Below, in pieces: positions 9,841 through 20,391 of a stretch of 64,000 nucleotides of DNA. The stretch spans positions 1,024,001-1,088,000 of the forward strand of contig CAWJEN010000005.1 of the NCBI GenBank assembly GCA_963841915.1, in the 5' to 3' direction. Every line of letters starts with the position of its first letter. Within the stretch, counting starts at the first letter, position 1. Under the pieces are notes generated by a model. The model was not told the origin of the DNA and did not search any database. It saw only the letters and a list, made by a program, of their open reading frames with translations. Position numbers and translations under genes: made by a program. The stretch comes from an uncultured Planctomycetota bacterium. Lineage in GTDB: Bacteria; Planctomycetota; Phycisphaerae; Tepidisphaerales; Tepidisphaeraceae.

Positions 9841-9872
9841 AGGCTACCACAATTCGGCGCTGTGTCAACACT
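9841..9872 (-). promoter_or_regulatory. Sigma70-type promoter for the prepilin-type gene with the same candidate operator
   Basis: Minus strand reads AGTG-TTGACA-16 nt-TAGCCT with an extended TG; shares CTGTGTCAACACT with 3834-3846. Confidence 0.55.
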
Positions 9873-9988
9873 GACGATCCACAGTCCTGCAAAAGATTCG
9901 ATTTTCTTCGCCGGCCACTGATTTACTTGCTGTTTAGGCGACGCATTGTCATGATACAGGACGCGACCAGCCGGTCGTTTCCTCCGTT

Positions 9989-12900
9989 ATGGCCGACACC
10001 GCACCCTCCGATTTTGCCTTTCTTCAGTTCGCCGCCCCAAGGATTGCAGAGGCTCATCGGCGGGTCGGTCAGGCCATCTGGGTCGATGTCGCCGCCGATC
10101 TTCGTCTCCAGGCGGCGGCAGCGACGCACGAGCATCGGACGGCCGTCGAGGCCGACAAGCTCGCGTACGAGGCCATCGATGTCCAGACGCTTCCGCTGAC
10201 GTGGGGCCGAAAATGGCAGCAAAAGTGGTGGCGACTGACTCTGACGGAACCGACGGCGACAGACCTTTACCTGCGGTGGCACGATCAGGCCGAGGCGACG
10301 ATCTATGACGGGCAGTTACCCTTTTACGGCTTCGACGCAGGTCATCATCACGCGCCGCTTCCTGCTGGTAAGACGACGTTCGGCATCGAAAGCACCTGCC
10401 AGAACGCAGCGATCTGGGTGCCGAATGCCAAGTACGGCTTGAGCGAGTCCGGTAGCGTGTTTCGCGGCGTGTCGTTGTGCCGTCGCGACGAGGCGGCGTG
10501 GCAATTGTGGCACGACCTCGACGTGCTGATCGACCTGTGCCGCATCCTGCATCGGCAGACGGAGCCGAAGTACGAGCAGCGGACGCACGGCGCGGGCGAC
10601 TTGTTCGACCCGGTCGGGTTCAGGCCGCCGATCGAGTCGTGCCACCCGATGCTGCGGATCGTGCTGCGTCGGCTCGCTACGGCAGTTGATGTGCTGGATC
10701 GGGATGGTGCCGAAGCGGCAACCGTGGTGACGGGCGACCTGTTCGCCTCGCTGCCAGCCTCGTCGTGGGCGCCCGACGCGGTGTTGACGGGACACGCGCA
10801 CATCGATTTGATCTGGAAGTGGCCCGAGCGAACGGGCGAGGCCAAGGCCGTCCACACCTTTGCCAATGCGTTGTCGATGTTGGAGCAGTACCCGGAGATG
10901 ACGTTCGGCTACAGCCAACCGGCCAGCTACGAGGCCGTGCTTCGGCGGTCACCCGAGGTGATGGCCAAAGTGGACGAGCAGATCGAAGCAAGCCGCTGGG
11001 AAGTGGCCGGTGGGATGTACGTCGAGAGCGACACGGAGATCGCCTGCGGCGAGGCGTTGCTGCGGAGCGTCGAGATCGGCTGCGACGAGGTCGAGCGCCT
11101 GAGTGGTGAAGCGGCCGACCTTCGTGTGGCTGCCGGACGTGTTCGGGTACAGCGGCGTGTTGCCGACGATTCTGGAGGGGTTTGGCATCACGAGCTTCTT
11201 CACGACGAAGCTGCACTGGAGTCGTTGGACGCGGTTCCCGTACACGAGCTTCAATTGGCTCGGCAACGACGGCAGTTCGGTGACGACGCACATTGCACGG
11301 CAGCACTACAACCTCGAGTCGCGGCCGGGCGATCTGGATTTGGCGCAGCGGGATCATCTGCAGGTGGCCGACCACGGGGCGATGCTTTTGCCGACGGGCT
11401 TTGGTGACGGCGGCGGTGGGCCGACGCCGTCGATGGCCGAGCGGGCGCGGCGACTGGCGAACCTCGCCGAGATGCCTCGAACGAGGTGGGGCCGGATCGA
11501 CGACTTTTTCGCGGATTTGCAGAAACGACGTGACGTGCTGCCGACGTGGCGTGGCGAGATGTACGTCGAAGGACACAAGGCAACGCTGACAACGAACGGC
11601 CGTCTGAAGGCGACGTACCGGGCGGCAGAGCGGGCGCTGCAGGCGTGGGAGGCGGTGCGTTGTGCCAAGGGCGGTGGGCCGATTCCAATCGAACCTTGGA
11701 AGCGGGTCGTCTTCACGCAGTTTCACGACGTCATCACCGGCACGAGCGTGCAGGAGGCGTACGAGGAGTTGCTGCCCGAGCTGGAGCAACTCGCAGCAGA
11801 CGCGCTGGCCGCGGCGAGGCACGAGCTGACAGACGACAGCGGCCAAAGCGACTGCGTGTTCAATCCGCTGCCAATGTCGCGACTGGCGGAGGTCGATGGA
11901 AAGCTGGTGACGCTGCCGGCCCTGGCGGGCGTAGCGGTAAGCGAGCTGAAGGCGCTCCACGCACAGCCGACGCGGCAAGCCGGGTTGCGGCTGACCAACG
12001 AGCGGGTCGACGTTTCTTTTACAGAAGACGGCACGATCGCGTCGCTCGAGATCGACGGCGAATCAGTGGCAACCCGTGGCGAGTGCGGCAGGTTGACGGT
12101 GGCGCCGGATCATCCGCCGGCGCACGACGCGTGGGACACAGAAGCTTCGAGCTTTGCTGCGGCGGTGCCGTTGACGGCACTCAGGCAGGTTGATGGCGAC
12201 CGTGACGAAATCGCGTTCGCTGGCCAAACCCCCGGCGGAAGTGACGTGACGGTCCGCTACCGGTTGTCGCCCATGAGCCCGGTCGTGGAGGTCTGTTGGG
12301 AGCTGGATTGGAAGGAGACACAACGCATTGTGCGGGCGAGCTTTGCGACCGGCTACGACGGCGAGAGTGCCCGGTATGGCGCGCCGTTCGGAAGCTGCCT
12401 GCGGTCGCAGCGCGGCGGCACGTTGGCGGAGGCGGCGCAATACGAGAATCCGATGAGTCGTTGGTCGATCGCCCTCGATGGCGGTCAGCGACGCGGGCTG
12501 TTCCTGGTGACGAAAGACAAGTATGCTGGTGGCTGCCGGGACGGGACGCTGTCGCTGACGTTGCTCCGTTCGCCGCTTTACAACGACACGCACGACGAGC
12601 GTCAGCTTCGCGACCTCGACGCCTATGGCGGGACGGCATGGCAGACGCACACGGACTTGTGCCGCCACGAGATCCACGCGGCCATCGGGCTGTTCAACTG
12701 CGACGCACCGGCGGATGAGCAGCCGGCGACGCTGGCCGACACGCTCTACACGCCGCCGATCCGATATCGGGGTCGACCGTGCGATGCGGGTCTGGGCGAT
12801 GTCGCCTGGCCGACTGGTGTGACAGCCGCCTGGGCTAAGCCGGTCGATGCGGCTTCGTGGTTGCTCCGATGTCACGACACGCTCGGCACCGGCGGGACGC

Positions 12901-13001
12901 TCGACGTGCCGAACGCGGTCGCCTGCCGAGCCGACGGCCAAGCTACCGACGCGTCGCCGCTCAAACCGTACGGGATCGCGACGTTGAAGCTCACGCGGTG
13001 A
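9989..13001 (+). CDS. GH38 alpha-mannosidase, interrupted by one +1 frameshift at about 11107
   Basis: GHAHID..W.W and GGMYVE.D in the first frame; WLPDVFGYS, GDGGGGP, W.GEMY.E.H, QFHDVI.G, FNPL, LSLTLLRSP in the second frame. Confidence 0.88.
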
Positions 13002-13854
13002 TCCGCTCGATCCGCACGATGCGATCGAGCTTGAACGTCCGCCGATCGTCACGCATGCGGCAGTAGGCGATGAGCGTGCCCGTTCCGCGGAAGCGACGAA
13101 TCTCCAGCGGCTCGATCTCGCGGCACGTCTCTTTGCGGCGGGCGTCGAGGTAGGTCATCCGCACCATCTGCCGGGATTCGAGGGCTTCGATCAGCTCCGG
13201 TGGCAAGTCAGGCCCGACCTCGTCGACCGACGAGTCGATCGGCATCGGGCCGCCTTGCGATTGGATTGCGTTCAAGAGCGAACAGCCGAAGCCGCCTTGC
13301 GGTTCGAGCAGCTTTTTCAGCGTTTCACCCGTCGTCACGGCATCGGCGAGTGCGCGGTGGGCGTCGGTTGGCATGACGCCCAATCGCCGGCTCAGCTTCT
13401 GCAGGCCGTTGCCCCCGCGGCCGAAGCGACGGCGGGCGATCTTGACCGTGTCGAGCACGTGCGGGTTACCAAGCTCGGCCGTCAGCGACGTGCCGCCACG
13501 CCGAAACTCTGCCGACAGGAAGCCGAGGTCGAATCGCACATTGTGCCCGACGACGATCGCGTCGGCCATGAAGTCGACTACTTCGTCAAGCCGTTCTTCG
13601 AAGGTCGGCTGGCCGTCGACCATGTCCTGCGAGATGCCGGTGAGCGTGACGATGCTTCCAGGAATCCGCCGATGCGGGTCGATAAGACGGCTCAGATCGC
13701 GTCGGCTGCCGTCGGGCTCATAGCGGGCCACGCCCACTTCGGTCACGCGGTCGCCGAAGCGTGGGCTCGAGCCGGTCGTCTCGACGTCGACCACGGCAAC
13801 GGGCACGTCGCAGAGTCGGCTCAGCAGGGACAGCGTCGAAGGCACAACATCCAC
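12991..13854 (-). CDS. DEDDh 3'-5' exonuclease (DnaQ-like) fused to a C-terminal WYL domain
   Basis: ExoI VVDVETTG, ExoII GHNVRFDLGFL, ExoIII HRALADA; C-terminus Y.D.....T.R.IEP...LIAYC..R...RTFKLDRI. Start is GTG 13854 or 13845. Confidence 0.85.
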   Translation of the reverse strand: MDVVPSTLSLLSRLCDVPVAVVDVETTGSSPRFGDRVTEVGVARYEPDGSRRDLSRLIDPHRRIPGSIVTLTGISQDMVDGQPTFEERLDEVVDFMADAIVVGHNVRFDLGFLSAEFRRGGTSLTAELGNPHVLDTVKIARRRFGRGGNGLQKLSRRLGVMPTDAHRALADAVTTGETLKKLLEPQGGFGCSLLNAIQSQGGPMPIDSSVDEVGPDLPPELIEALESRQMVRMTYLDARRKETCREIEPLEIRRFRGTGTLIAYCRMRDDRRTFKLDRIVRIERITA

Positions 13855-13882
13855 CGTACGCCGCGTCGGCCCGGCAGGATCG

Positions 13883-15159
13883 CTACCGCGGCGCGTCGAT
13901 CGGCAGGCCAGGGGTCGGCGTGCTGGTGGCGTCCCGTTCGTCGGCGCGTGGCGTGCGGATCCAATCCCGTTGCCGCTTGAACACAAAGGCCGCTTGGTTC
14001 GGGATGCGACGCAACAGATACGACGGCAGCCCCAGCAGCACCGACGGCGGCACGTCGCGTCGCAGGTGCACCAGCCACGTCAACGCCAATGCCAACGACA
14101 GCAGCACGAGGCAGCCAAGCGCTATTCCCGTCGCCGTCGCGGCCAGGGGTCCGACGCCGCCCAGCAGCAGCACCCGCAGACTCGTCAGCAACACGATGAG
14201 CGTCAGCCCGCCGCACAGCACTGTTAGCGGCTGCACCGCGTGATCGAGCGCAGCGGCGATGAGCTTCAGGTCGCCCTTCGCGATGCCGCGAATCAACATG
14301 CCCGGCGTTGCCAACAGCACGGCCATGTGGCCGTGTTCCCAACGACGTCGCTGCGTCGCGGCGTCGTCATCGTCGCCAGGCAGTTCGCCGTTGAAGCGGG
14401 CGGCGGGGCAATAGAGCGGGTGTTCGCCGCGGTCGCACAGGTTCAGACCCAGCCGCATGTCCTCGACAAGGTCACCTGTCGCCAGCGGCATCTCGCGGGC
14501 GAGCCCGCCGCTGAATGCCATGCCGCTCCCGAGCAGCGGGCAGGGCAACCCTGCCTGCCACAGACCCAGCGGCCTGACGTGGTTCTTGAGGACAAGGGCG
14601 AAACGACTGACGTGATCCCGCCGCGACGGATCGGGTGGCAGCGACATGAGATACCGGCCCTGCGCCGGTCGTTTCGTCGACAGGCACTGCCTGGCCAAGG
14701 CTGCCACCGCGCCGGGCTCGGCCGTCACGTCGGCATCGTTGAAGATGACGACCGGCGGCACGTCGCCCGTCGCCGCCAGCTCCCTCATGCCAGCGTCGAG
14801 GGCATACCCCTTGCCGCGACAATCATCATTGCGACGCTCGAGGCACTGGGCCCCTGCCTGCCTCGCGACGGCGGCAGTGGCGTCGTTGCAGTTGTCGGCC
14901 ACGACGAGCAACCGGTCGCCGTGCTCAAAATCAAGCTGCGCCGCCAGCGAGGCCAACGTTGCCGGCAACAGCGCTTCCTCGTTGTGGGCCGGCACGATGA
15001 CGGCCACACCCGGCTTGGCACCGGGCTCGGTTGGAGCGTTGCGACGCAACGCGATCGTCGATGCCAGGACCTCGGCAGCAAGCACGAAGACCGGCACCGC
15101 AAGCACGGCGGCAACGACCAGGAGGATGACGTCGAGGGCGATCAGGGGGTGGTGGTCAA
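13883..15159 (-). CDS. GT2 family glycosyltransferase with C-terminal transmembrane helices
   Basis: VIVPAHNEE, ADNCND.T, GKG.AL, DAD, L.ED, QRRRW. The likely TTG start (15159) is one base out of frame across a G5 run at 15145-15149; the track ORF starts at 15106. Confidence 0.85.
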
Positions 15160-15385
15160 GCTACGTATCTCTATATCGGCGGCTCGGGTCCGCGGCTGTG
15201 CCGCTGAGACCCACCGGGGGCCACGAAGTGTACCACTCATGTGCGGGATCGCAGCGTGAGGCGTTCCGGCAGGATCGGCAGCGGGTTGCAGGCAATATGA
15301 CGCGCAGTAGGCCGCCACGCCACCCACCGAACCGCGCCGCGTCTGTGGGCAGCGTCCGGTAACCAGTCTCAGCCGTCGCGCAACG

Positions 15386-16603
15386 TTATTGCCCGAAGAG
15401 CTGCACCAGTTTCGCAGCCTCCAGCGTCGCATCGTGCCGCTGCCGAACGGCCGCCCGGCCGTCGTCGCCCATCTGCCTGAGCCGCTTCACAGGGGTCGCA
15501 AGGATCTGCTCCATCGCCCCTGCCAGCCGCTCAGGGTCACCCGGAGGGACGAGCAGGCTGTTGTCAGCCGTCGCCAGCTCCGGCATGCCTGCCACCGTCG
15601 TCGCCACGCAAGGCCGCGCAAGCGCCAGCGACTCCATCAGCACGACCGGCAATCCCTCGGCGAAGCTCGGCAGCAGCGTCGCCCGACAATCGAGCATGTG
15701 TTGTCGCACCTCGTCCCCACCCGCCAGCCCGTGCAGGATGACGTGTCGCTGCAACTCGCCGGCAGCAATCTCCTGCTCCAGTGGGCCTCGCAATGGTCCT
15801 TCGCCCACAAGGTCGACGCGGAAGTCGATCCCGCGATCGCGTAACAACTTTGCCGCCCGGACCAGCATGAGCTGTCCCTTCTGCTCCGCCAGTCGGCCGA
15901 CGCATGTGAACGACCGGCTGTTCTCATCGATCGGTGGCGGGGCGTCGTCGCTCAGGAACTTGTCGTCGACGCCGCAGTGGACGACCTCGACTTTGTCCCA
16001 GTCGCCGAAGTCGGTCCACCGCCAGAGCTGGCTTCTGCCGAACGAGCTGATAGCGACGGCAAACTTGCTGTGCCGCACCTTGCCACCGAGGTCGAGTCCG
16101 ACGGGATTGTCGAACTCTTCGGGGCCGTGGCAGGTGAAGCTAAAGGGCGGCCCGCCGAGCAGATGGCAAAGGCGAGCAACTTCGGTCGAGTTCGTGCCGA
16201 AGTGGGCGTGAACGTGCGTCGCCCCGCAGTTGTCGAGCATGCGGACGAGTGAGCAGGCCTCTGCAAGGTAGATCGAGTAGGCGTGCCGACGACTGGCGGC
16301 GAAGCGGGACGCCTTCCACGCCATCGCGGCGGCACGGGCGAATCTGCCGGGCCGCGTCAGGGCGATCTTGTTCACGTCAGCCGCAAGGCCGGCAGCGCCG
16401 CGTCCCAAAACGGCAGTCGTCTTGCCTCGCTCGGCCTCGTCGCGAGGGTCGGCCAGCTTGCCGTCGAATCGACGCAGCGTGAAGCGGCTGACGGTGTGCC
16501 CATCGGCCTCAATGGCGGCAATCTCACGTCGGATAAATGACTGGCTCGGCTGCGGGTACTGATTGACGAGATAAGCAACGTGCACGCCCCGTGTATCGAC
16601 CAA
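15386..16603 (-). CDS. GT4 glycosyltransferase (WcaL-like)
   Basis: YLVNQYP..SQSFI.RE, HVHAHFG, VGRL..QKG, EGLPVVLMESLA; alternative GTG start about 16585. Confidence 0.88.
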   Translation of the reverse strand: MVDTRGVHVAYLVNQYPQPSQSFIRREIAAIEADGHTVSRFTLRRFDGKLADPRDEAERGKTTAVLGRGAAGLAADVNKIALTRPGRFARAAAMAWKASRFAASRRHAYSIYLAEACSLVRMLDNCGATHVHAHFGTNSTEVARLCHLLGGPPFSFTCHGPEEFDNPVGLDLGGKVRHSKFAVAISSFGRSQLWRWTDFGDWDKVEVVHCGVDDKFLSDDAPPPIDENSRSFTCVGRLAEQKGQLMLVRAAKLLRDRGIDFRVDLVGEGPLRGPLEQEIAAGELQRHVILHGLAGGDEVRQHMLDCRATLLPSFAEGLPVVLMESLALARPCVATTVAGMPELATADNSLLVPPGDPERLAGAMEQILATPVKRLRQMGDDGRAAVRQRHDATLEAAKLVQLFGQ

Positions 16604-16665
16604 GTGAGGAGCGCTTCACCCAAAACAGGGTCATGATCGCCTGCCGCAGGGCATCGGAACGAGCT

Positions 16666-17148
16666 TTACGTCAGCTCGACACGATCAAAGGTGATGCCAC
16701 CAGGGTCGGGTCGGGCGAAGTAGCCGTCGATCCCGACGGTGCCGATGGCATGGCGAATGGTGTAGGCGGCGCGGACGAGGTCGGCCCGTTGGAGCTGTTC
16801 GGCGCTTTCGATCCGAACGCCCAGACGGTTGCCGTAAAACGCGCAGCCGCCGTGCTGGATGAGGACGACGCGTTCGAGCTTGTGGGCATCGACGAGGAAC
16901 TTCAGCTCGTCGAGCACGCCTTGTTCGGCGACGCGGGCCTGTGCGTAACCGGCCAGTGTCGCGGGTCCGCCGGGCAGGGCGACGCGGTCGTACTTGGGCA
17001 GCTTCAGGCCGCGATAGATGAAGTCGTCAAAGGCTTCACCGAATCGGCCGTCAGAGCAGTAAATGGCGGCGGCGTGGATGCGGTCGGCGTCGAAGCCGAT
17101 CGTCGACACGAACGGCAGAGAAACGTCGCTGGAAGCAAGCTGACACAT
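16666..17148 (-). CDS. Beta-carbonic-anhydrase-like protein
   Basis: Zn-ligand motifs C-S-D-G-R and H-G-G-C, plus PGG. Confidence 0.7.
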   Translation of the reverse strand: MCQLASSDVSLPFVSTIGFDADRIHAAAIYCSDGRFGEAFDDFIYRGLKLPKYDRVALPGGPATLAGYAQARVAEQGVLDELKFLVDAHKLERVVLIQHGGCAFYGNRLGVRIESAEQLQRADLVRAAYTIRHAIGTVGIDGYFARPDPGGITFDRVELT

Positions 17149-17207
17149 GAGCAGCGGCAGCCTATTACGGCTACCGCTGCCATTGAGTCAGGAGTCGGTC
17201 GACAGGC

Positions 17208-17417
17208 TCAGCTGGCCATGCGGGCCGGCTCTTCAGTCGGCTGACGCAGGGCCGGCCGGAATGCGTCTGTCGGCGGGGCCAGCGACTCGCGACGCGCCGG
17301 TGGCACGCGGAGCATCGTCTGGCAGTACTGGCAACGCACGACCTTGCCACGCACCTCGTCGGGCACCTTGAGAATCTTGCGGCAGCGGAGGTTCGGGCAG
17401 ATCAGTTGGCAGGACAT
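17208..17417 (-). CDS. Small zinc-ribbon protein
   Basis: CPNLRC...GKVVRCQYC. Confidence 0.75.
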   Translation of the reverse strand: MSCQLICPNLRCRKILKVPDEVRGKVVRCQYCQTMLRVPPARRESLAPPTDAFRPALRQPTEEPARMAS

Positions 17418-17728
17418 GATGCGTGAGTTCGTACAGGGGGCAATGCGGCGAAGGTGCCACGGCTGGTCGCGTCACCGCCTCGCGGGCGATCGGCCTAGCC
17501 ATGTATCGACCGGCAGCCGTTGAGACTTTGGCCGATGTGTCGGCCGACACACCGAAAAGTCACATCCACCCATGCGTCGGGCAAATGGGCAGGGCGGTTT
17601 TCTCCTTCAGAAGCAGGCACGATGGTGGTGATGCACGGGCGCTGCAGACGCCGGACACGCGTTCTGATAGCGCGACTGCGGGTCGCAGAGCCTGACCAAG
17701 TCTCGCCTGACGCATAACGACGTGTGGC

Positions 17729-19288
17729 TTACTGCTTCAGGCCCGATTTTGCGGCGAACGGGCGGTAGAGCGGGTCGCCGACGAGCACCATCTTCCAGCT
17801 GACGTGCGGGACCGTGGCCCAGTACGCTTCGGCCAAGGTCGCATCGCCTTTGAGCACGATCGGCAGGAACGCCCAAGGTGGTGGGAACGCGTTGAGGAAG
17901 GGCTCACTCACCGGGCCGACCGTCGCCGCTGCGCCGTCCATGAGCAGGCCGCGCGCCCAACCCTTTTCGCCTGCGTTGTGCAGACTGACCATTTCGTACG
18001 AAGCGACGTGGTACGCGACGGCCCCGCGGGCAAGGTCGAATGGGCGGTTGTAGTCGCGGAGCTGGTACCAGCCGACGTACATGGCGACGTTTTCGACGGC
18101 CGGCTCGTCATTCGCGCCGCGGGCAAAGACGGCGGGCTTGTCGTCGTGCACAACGGGCAGCGTTGCCGCCTGCTCTAACGCAGCAGCGAGGCGGCGGAGT
18201 TGTTCGTCGAACGGCGCGTAGCCGTCGGGCTTGCCGTTGGCGCCGGGCATGCGGAGGCCGCGCGAGTCGACGACGATGTTGCCGTCGAGGCCCTCGCGTT
18301 CGACAAGCAGGCTGTTGGCGATGAGGTCGCGGACGTGCTGTGGGGTGGGGCCGTCAAGGCGGGCGACCATGATGGCGTTGCCGTCGAGGCCGCTTTTGCC
18401 GCGTCCTCCTTGCAGCGGGTTGGGCAACCACAACGCCGCCGCCGGTGCCAGATCCGGCAGCGTTGCCAGTTCACTGTCGAACGAGCCGTCGGACTTGTCC
18501 TGCGTGAGGTGGCGAAGCTGCACGTTGATCAGTCCCGCGTACTGCACGAACGCCATCTGGCGACCGAGGGTGCGGGATATGTCTCGTTGTTCCGGCAGAT
18601 CGAGCCGCGTCACGGCCTCTTGAAGCTGTGCCGACTCGGCTTCGGTCAGCGGCCCGGCCCCGGCTTGCATCGGCTGAGCCATGCTTTGGCGAATGGAGCC
18701 GAGCGTCTGAATCAAGCTCGCTTTTTCGCCTTCGGTCAAGTCGTTCGCACCGGCCTGGATGAGCTGCTCGGCCACGGCCAGGCGGTTGAGCTCGAGCTGT
18801 AGAGGGCCGCTCAGATCGGGCAACTGCGGGACCGGCCGCCCGACTGCCTCGGCAGTGGTAGCCAACCGGTCGACCATCGGTCGCAACCGGGTCACGGCTT
18901 CGTCTGCTAATTGCTCGACCATCTGCCGTTCGGCCTGCTCGTCGGCGGTGAGCTTGATGCCGTCGACGCGCAGCGGCACGCCGAAGGTTGTGACGAGGCA
19001 AGACACGTCGGCCGTCAGACCGCGATCGGCAATGGCAGCCCGGAGCGGGCCGCGGACGCTGTGTTCAAATGCCTCACGCGACATCGCGTCGCCGGTCGGC
19101 AGGTCAAGCTCGACGACGCGACCGTCCGGCACGCCGCGTGTGCTGATATAGAAGTCGGCGATCTGGCGCGACTCCGGGACGTTCTTGTTGACGATCACTA
19201 GCAGATCGTCGGCCTCCAGCTTCGCACCTGCCTGCCGGCCGGTCAAAACGGTTACGATCAGGAACGACGCCAGGACGCGATGCAGCAC
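17729..19288 (-). CDS. TIGR03790-family protein (associated with PEP-CTERM/exosortase genomes)
   Basis: VNKNVPES..IADFY...R, DSEL, MVARLDGP, YVGWY, GAVAYHVASYE, GAAATVGPVSEPFL, W....VGDPLYRPF. Confidence 0.8.
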   Translation of the reverse strand: MLHRVLASFLIVTVLTGRQAGAKLEADDLLVIVNKNVPESRQIADFYISTRGVPDGRVVELDLPTGDAMSREAFEHSVRGPLRAAIADRGLTADVSCLVTTFGVPLRVDGIKLTADEQAERQMVEQLADEAVTRLRPMVDRLATTAEAVGRPVPQLPDLSGPLQLELNRLAVAEQLIQAGANDLTEGEKASLIQTLGSIRQSMAQPMQAGAGPLTEAESAQLQEAVTRLDLPEQRDISRTLGRQMAFVQYAGLINVQLRHLTQDKSDGSFDSELATLPDLAPAAALWLPNPLQGGRGKSGLDGNAIMVARLDGPTPQHVRDLIANSLLVEREGLDGNIVVDSRGLRMPGANGKPDGYAPFDEQLRRLAAALEQAATLPVVHDDKPAVFARGANDEPAVENVAMYVGWYQLRDYNRPFDLARGAVAYHVASYEMVSLHNAGEKGWARGLLMDGAAATVGPVSEPFLNAFPPPWAFLPIVLKGDATLAEAYWATVPHVSWKMVLVGDPLYRPFAAKSGLKQ

Positions 19289-19349
19289 GCCGAATCGTGC
19301 GGCAGTCCCGACGGCGAATCAACCCAACCCTCATTAAGCCATTCACGTC

Positions 19350-20300
19350 ATGAAACGCCCCGTCAAGATCGGCCTCGGCATCGTCGCGGCTGTCGTCGTC
19401 CTGCTGTTCGTTGCCGTCTTCGTCGTCCTGTCGCGGATCGACGGCATCGTGGAGCAAACCGTCGAGTCGCAAGGCACGTCGCAGCTCAATCTGCAGACGC
19501 TGCTGAGCGATGCCGACGTGTCGCTGTTCGGCGGCAGCGTCGCGCTCAACGGTTTGACCATCGCCAACCCGGAGGGTTACTCGGCAGAGCACCTCTTCGA
19601 GATGGGCCAGGTTCGCGTGGGCGTCGGCCTGACCGGGCTGACCGGCGACCCGCTGCGGATCGGCGAAATCGACATCAATTCGCCGGCGCTGACGATCGAA
19701 CGCGGCAGTGTCGGCGGCATGGCGGAGCAGCTACGGCTCAACCTGCAGGAGCTCATGGAACGGCTGGCCACTGATCCTGACGCAGAGACGACGATGCTGC
19801 TCATCGACCGCCTGACGGTGACGAACGCCCGCGTCGCCATTCGGCCGAACATCGAGGGGCTCGACGAGGAGTACGCCCTGACGTTGCCGGACATCACGCT
19901 GCGGGAGATCGGCACGGCTGAAGGTGCGCAAAATGGTGCTGAGATTGGTCGTGTCGTTGCCGACGTGGCGATGGCGCTGGCCAAGAAGGCGGCCGAGAGC
20001 GAGGACTTGCCACCGGAGGTGCGGGCAGTGCTGTCGGGCGACTTGTCGGCTATCTTGAGCAAGTACGGCGACGAGCTGTCGAACAAGGTGCGGGAAGAAC
20101 TTAACGATCAGCTCGACGGCTTGGGTGACAAGGTCGGCGGCGAAGCGGGCAAGGCGATCGACGACGTGCTCCAAGGTGCCGCCGGTGACGGGGCGAACGT
20201 GCGGGACAAGGCCGAAGACGCCGCCCGCGACGGCATCAAGAAGGGCATCGGTGGCCTGTTCGGCGGCGATAAAAAAGAGAACGACAAGAAGGACCAATAG
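19350..20300 (+). CDS. AsmA-like/DUF748 membrane-anchored protein
   Basis: Single N-terminal TM, then VSLFGG...LNGLTIANPEGYS, beta-rich domain and helical tail. Confidence 0.7.
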   Translation: MKRPVKIGLGIVAAVVVLLFVAVFVVLSRIDGIVEQTVESQGTSQLNLQTLLSDADVSLFGGSVALNGLTIANPEGYSAEHLFEMGQVRVGVGLTGLTGDPLRIGEIDINSPALTIERGSVGGMAEQLRLNLQELMERLATDPDAETTMLLIDRLTVTNARVAIRPNIEGLDEEYALTLPDITLREIGTAEGAQNGAEIGRVVADVAMALAKKAAESEDLPPEVRAVLSGDLSAILSKYGDELSNKVREELNDQLDGLGDKVGGEAGKAIDDVLQGAAGDGANVRDKAEDAARDGIKKGIGGLFGGDKKENDKKDQ

Positions 20301-20348
20301 CGAGCAGACGCGGGTGCTCGACTTCCACCTGCTGCTGCTGGTGGCAAG

Positions 20349-20384
20349 ACAAGCACCTCAGACCCGAGGGTCTGAGGTGCTTGT
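20349..20384 (+). terminator. Strong hairpin terminator, possibly bidirectional
   Basis: 16-bp perfect stem ACAAGCACCTCAGACC/GGTCTGAGGTGCTTGT followed by a T-rich tract. Confidence 0.8.
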
Positions 20385-20391
20385 TTGGTTC

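Noticed and set aside
7125..11110. Programmed ribosomal frameshifting in the sulfatase or GH38
   Set aside because: No slippery heptamers; the indels are scattered over unrelated genes, which fits sequencing error better.
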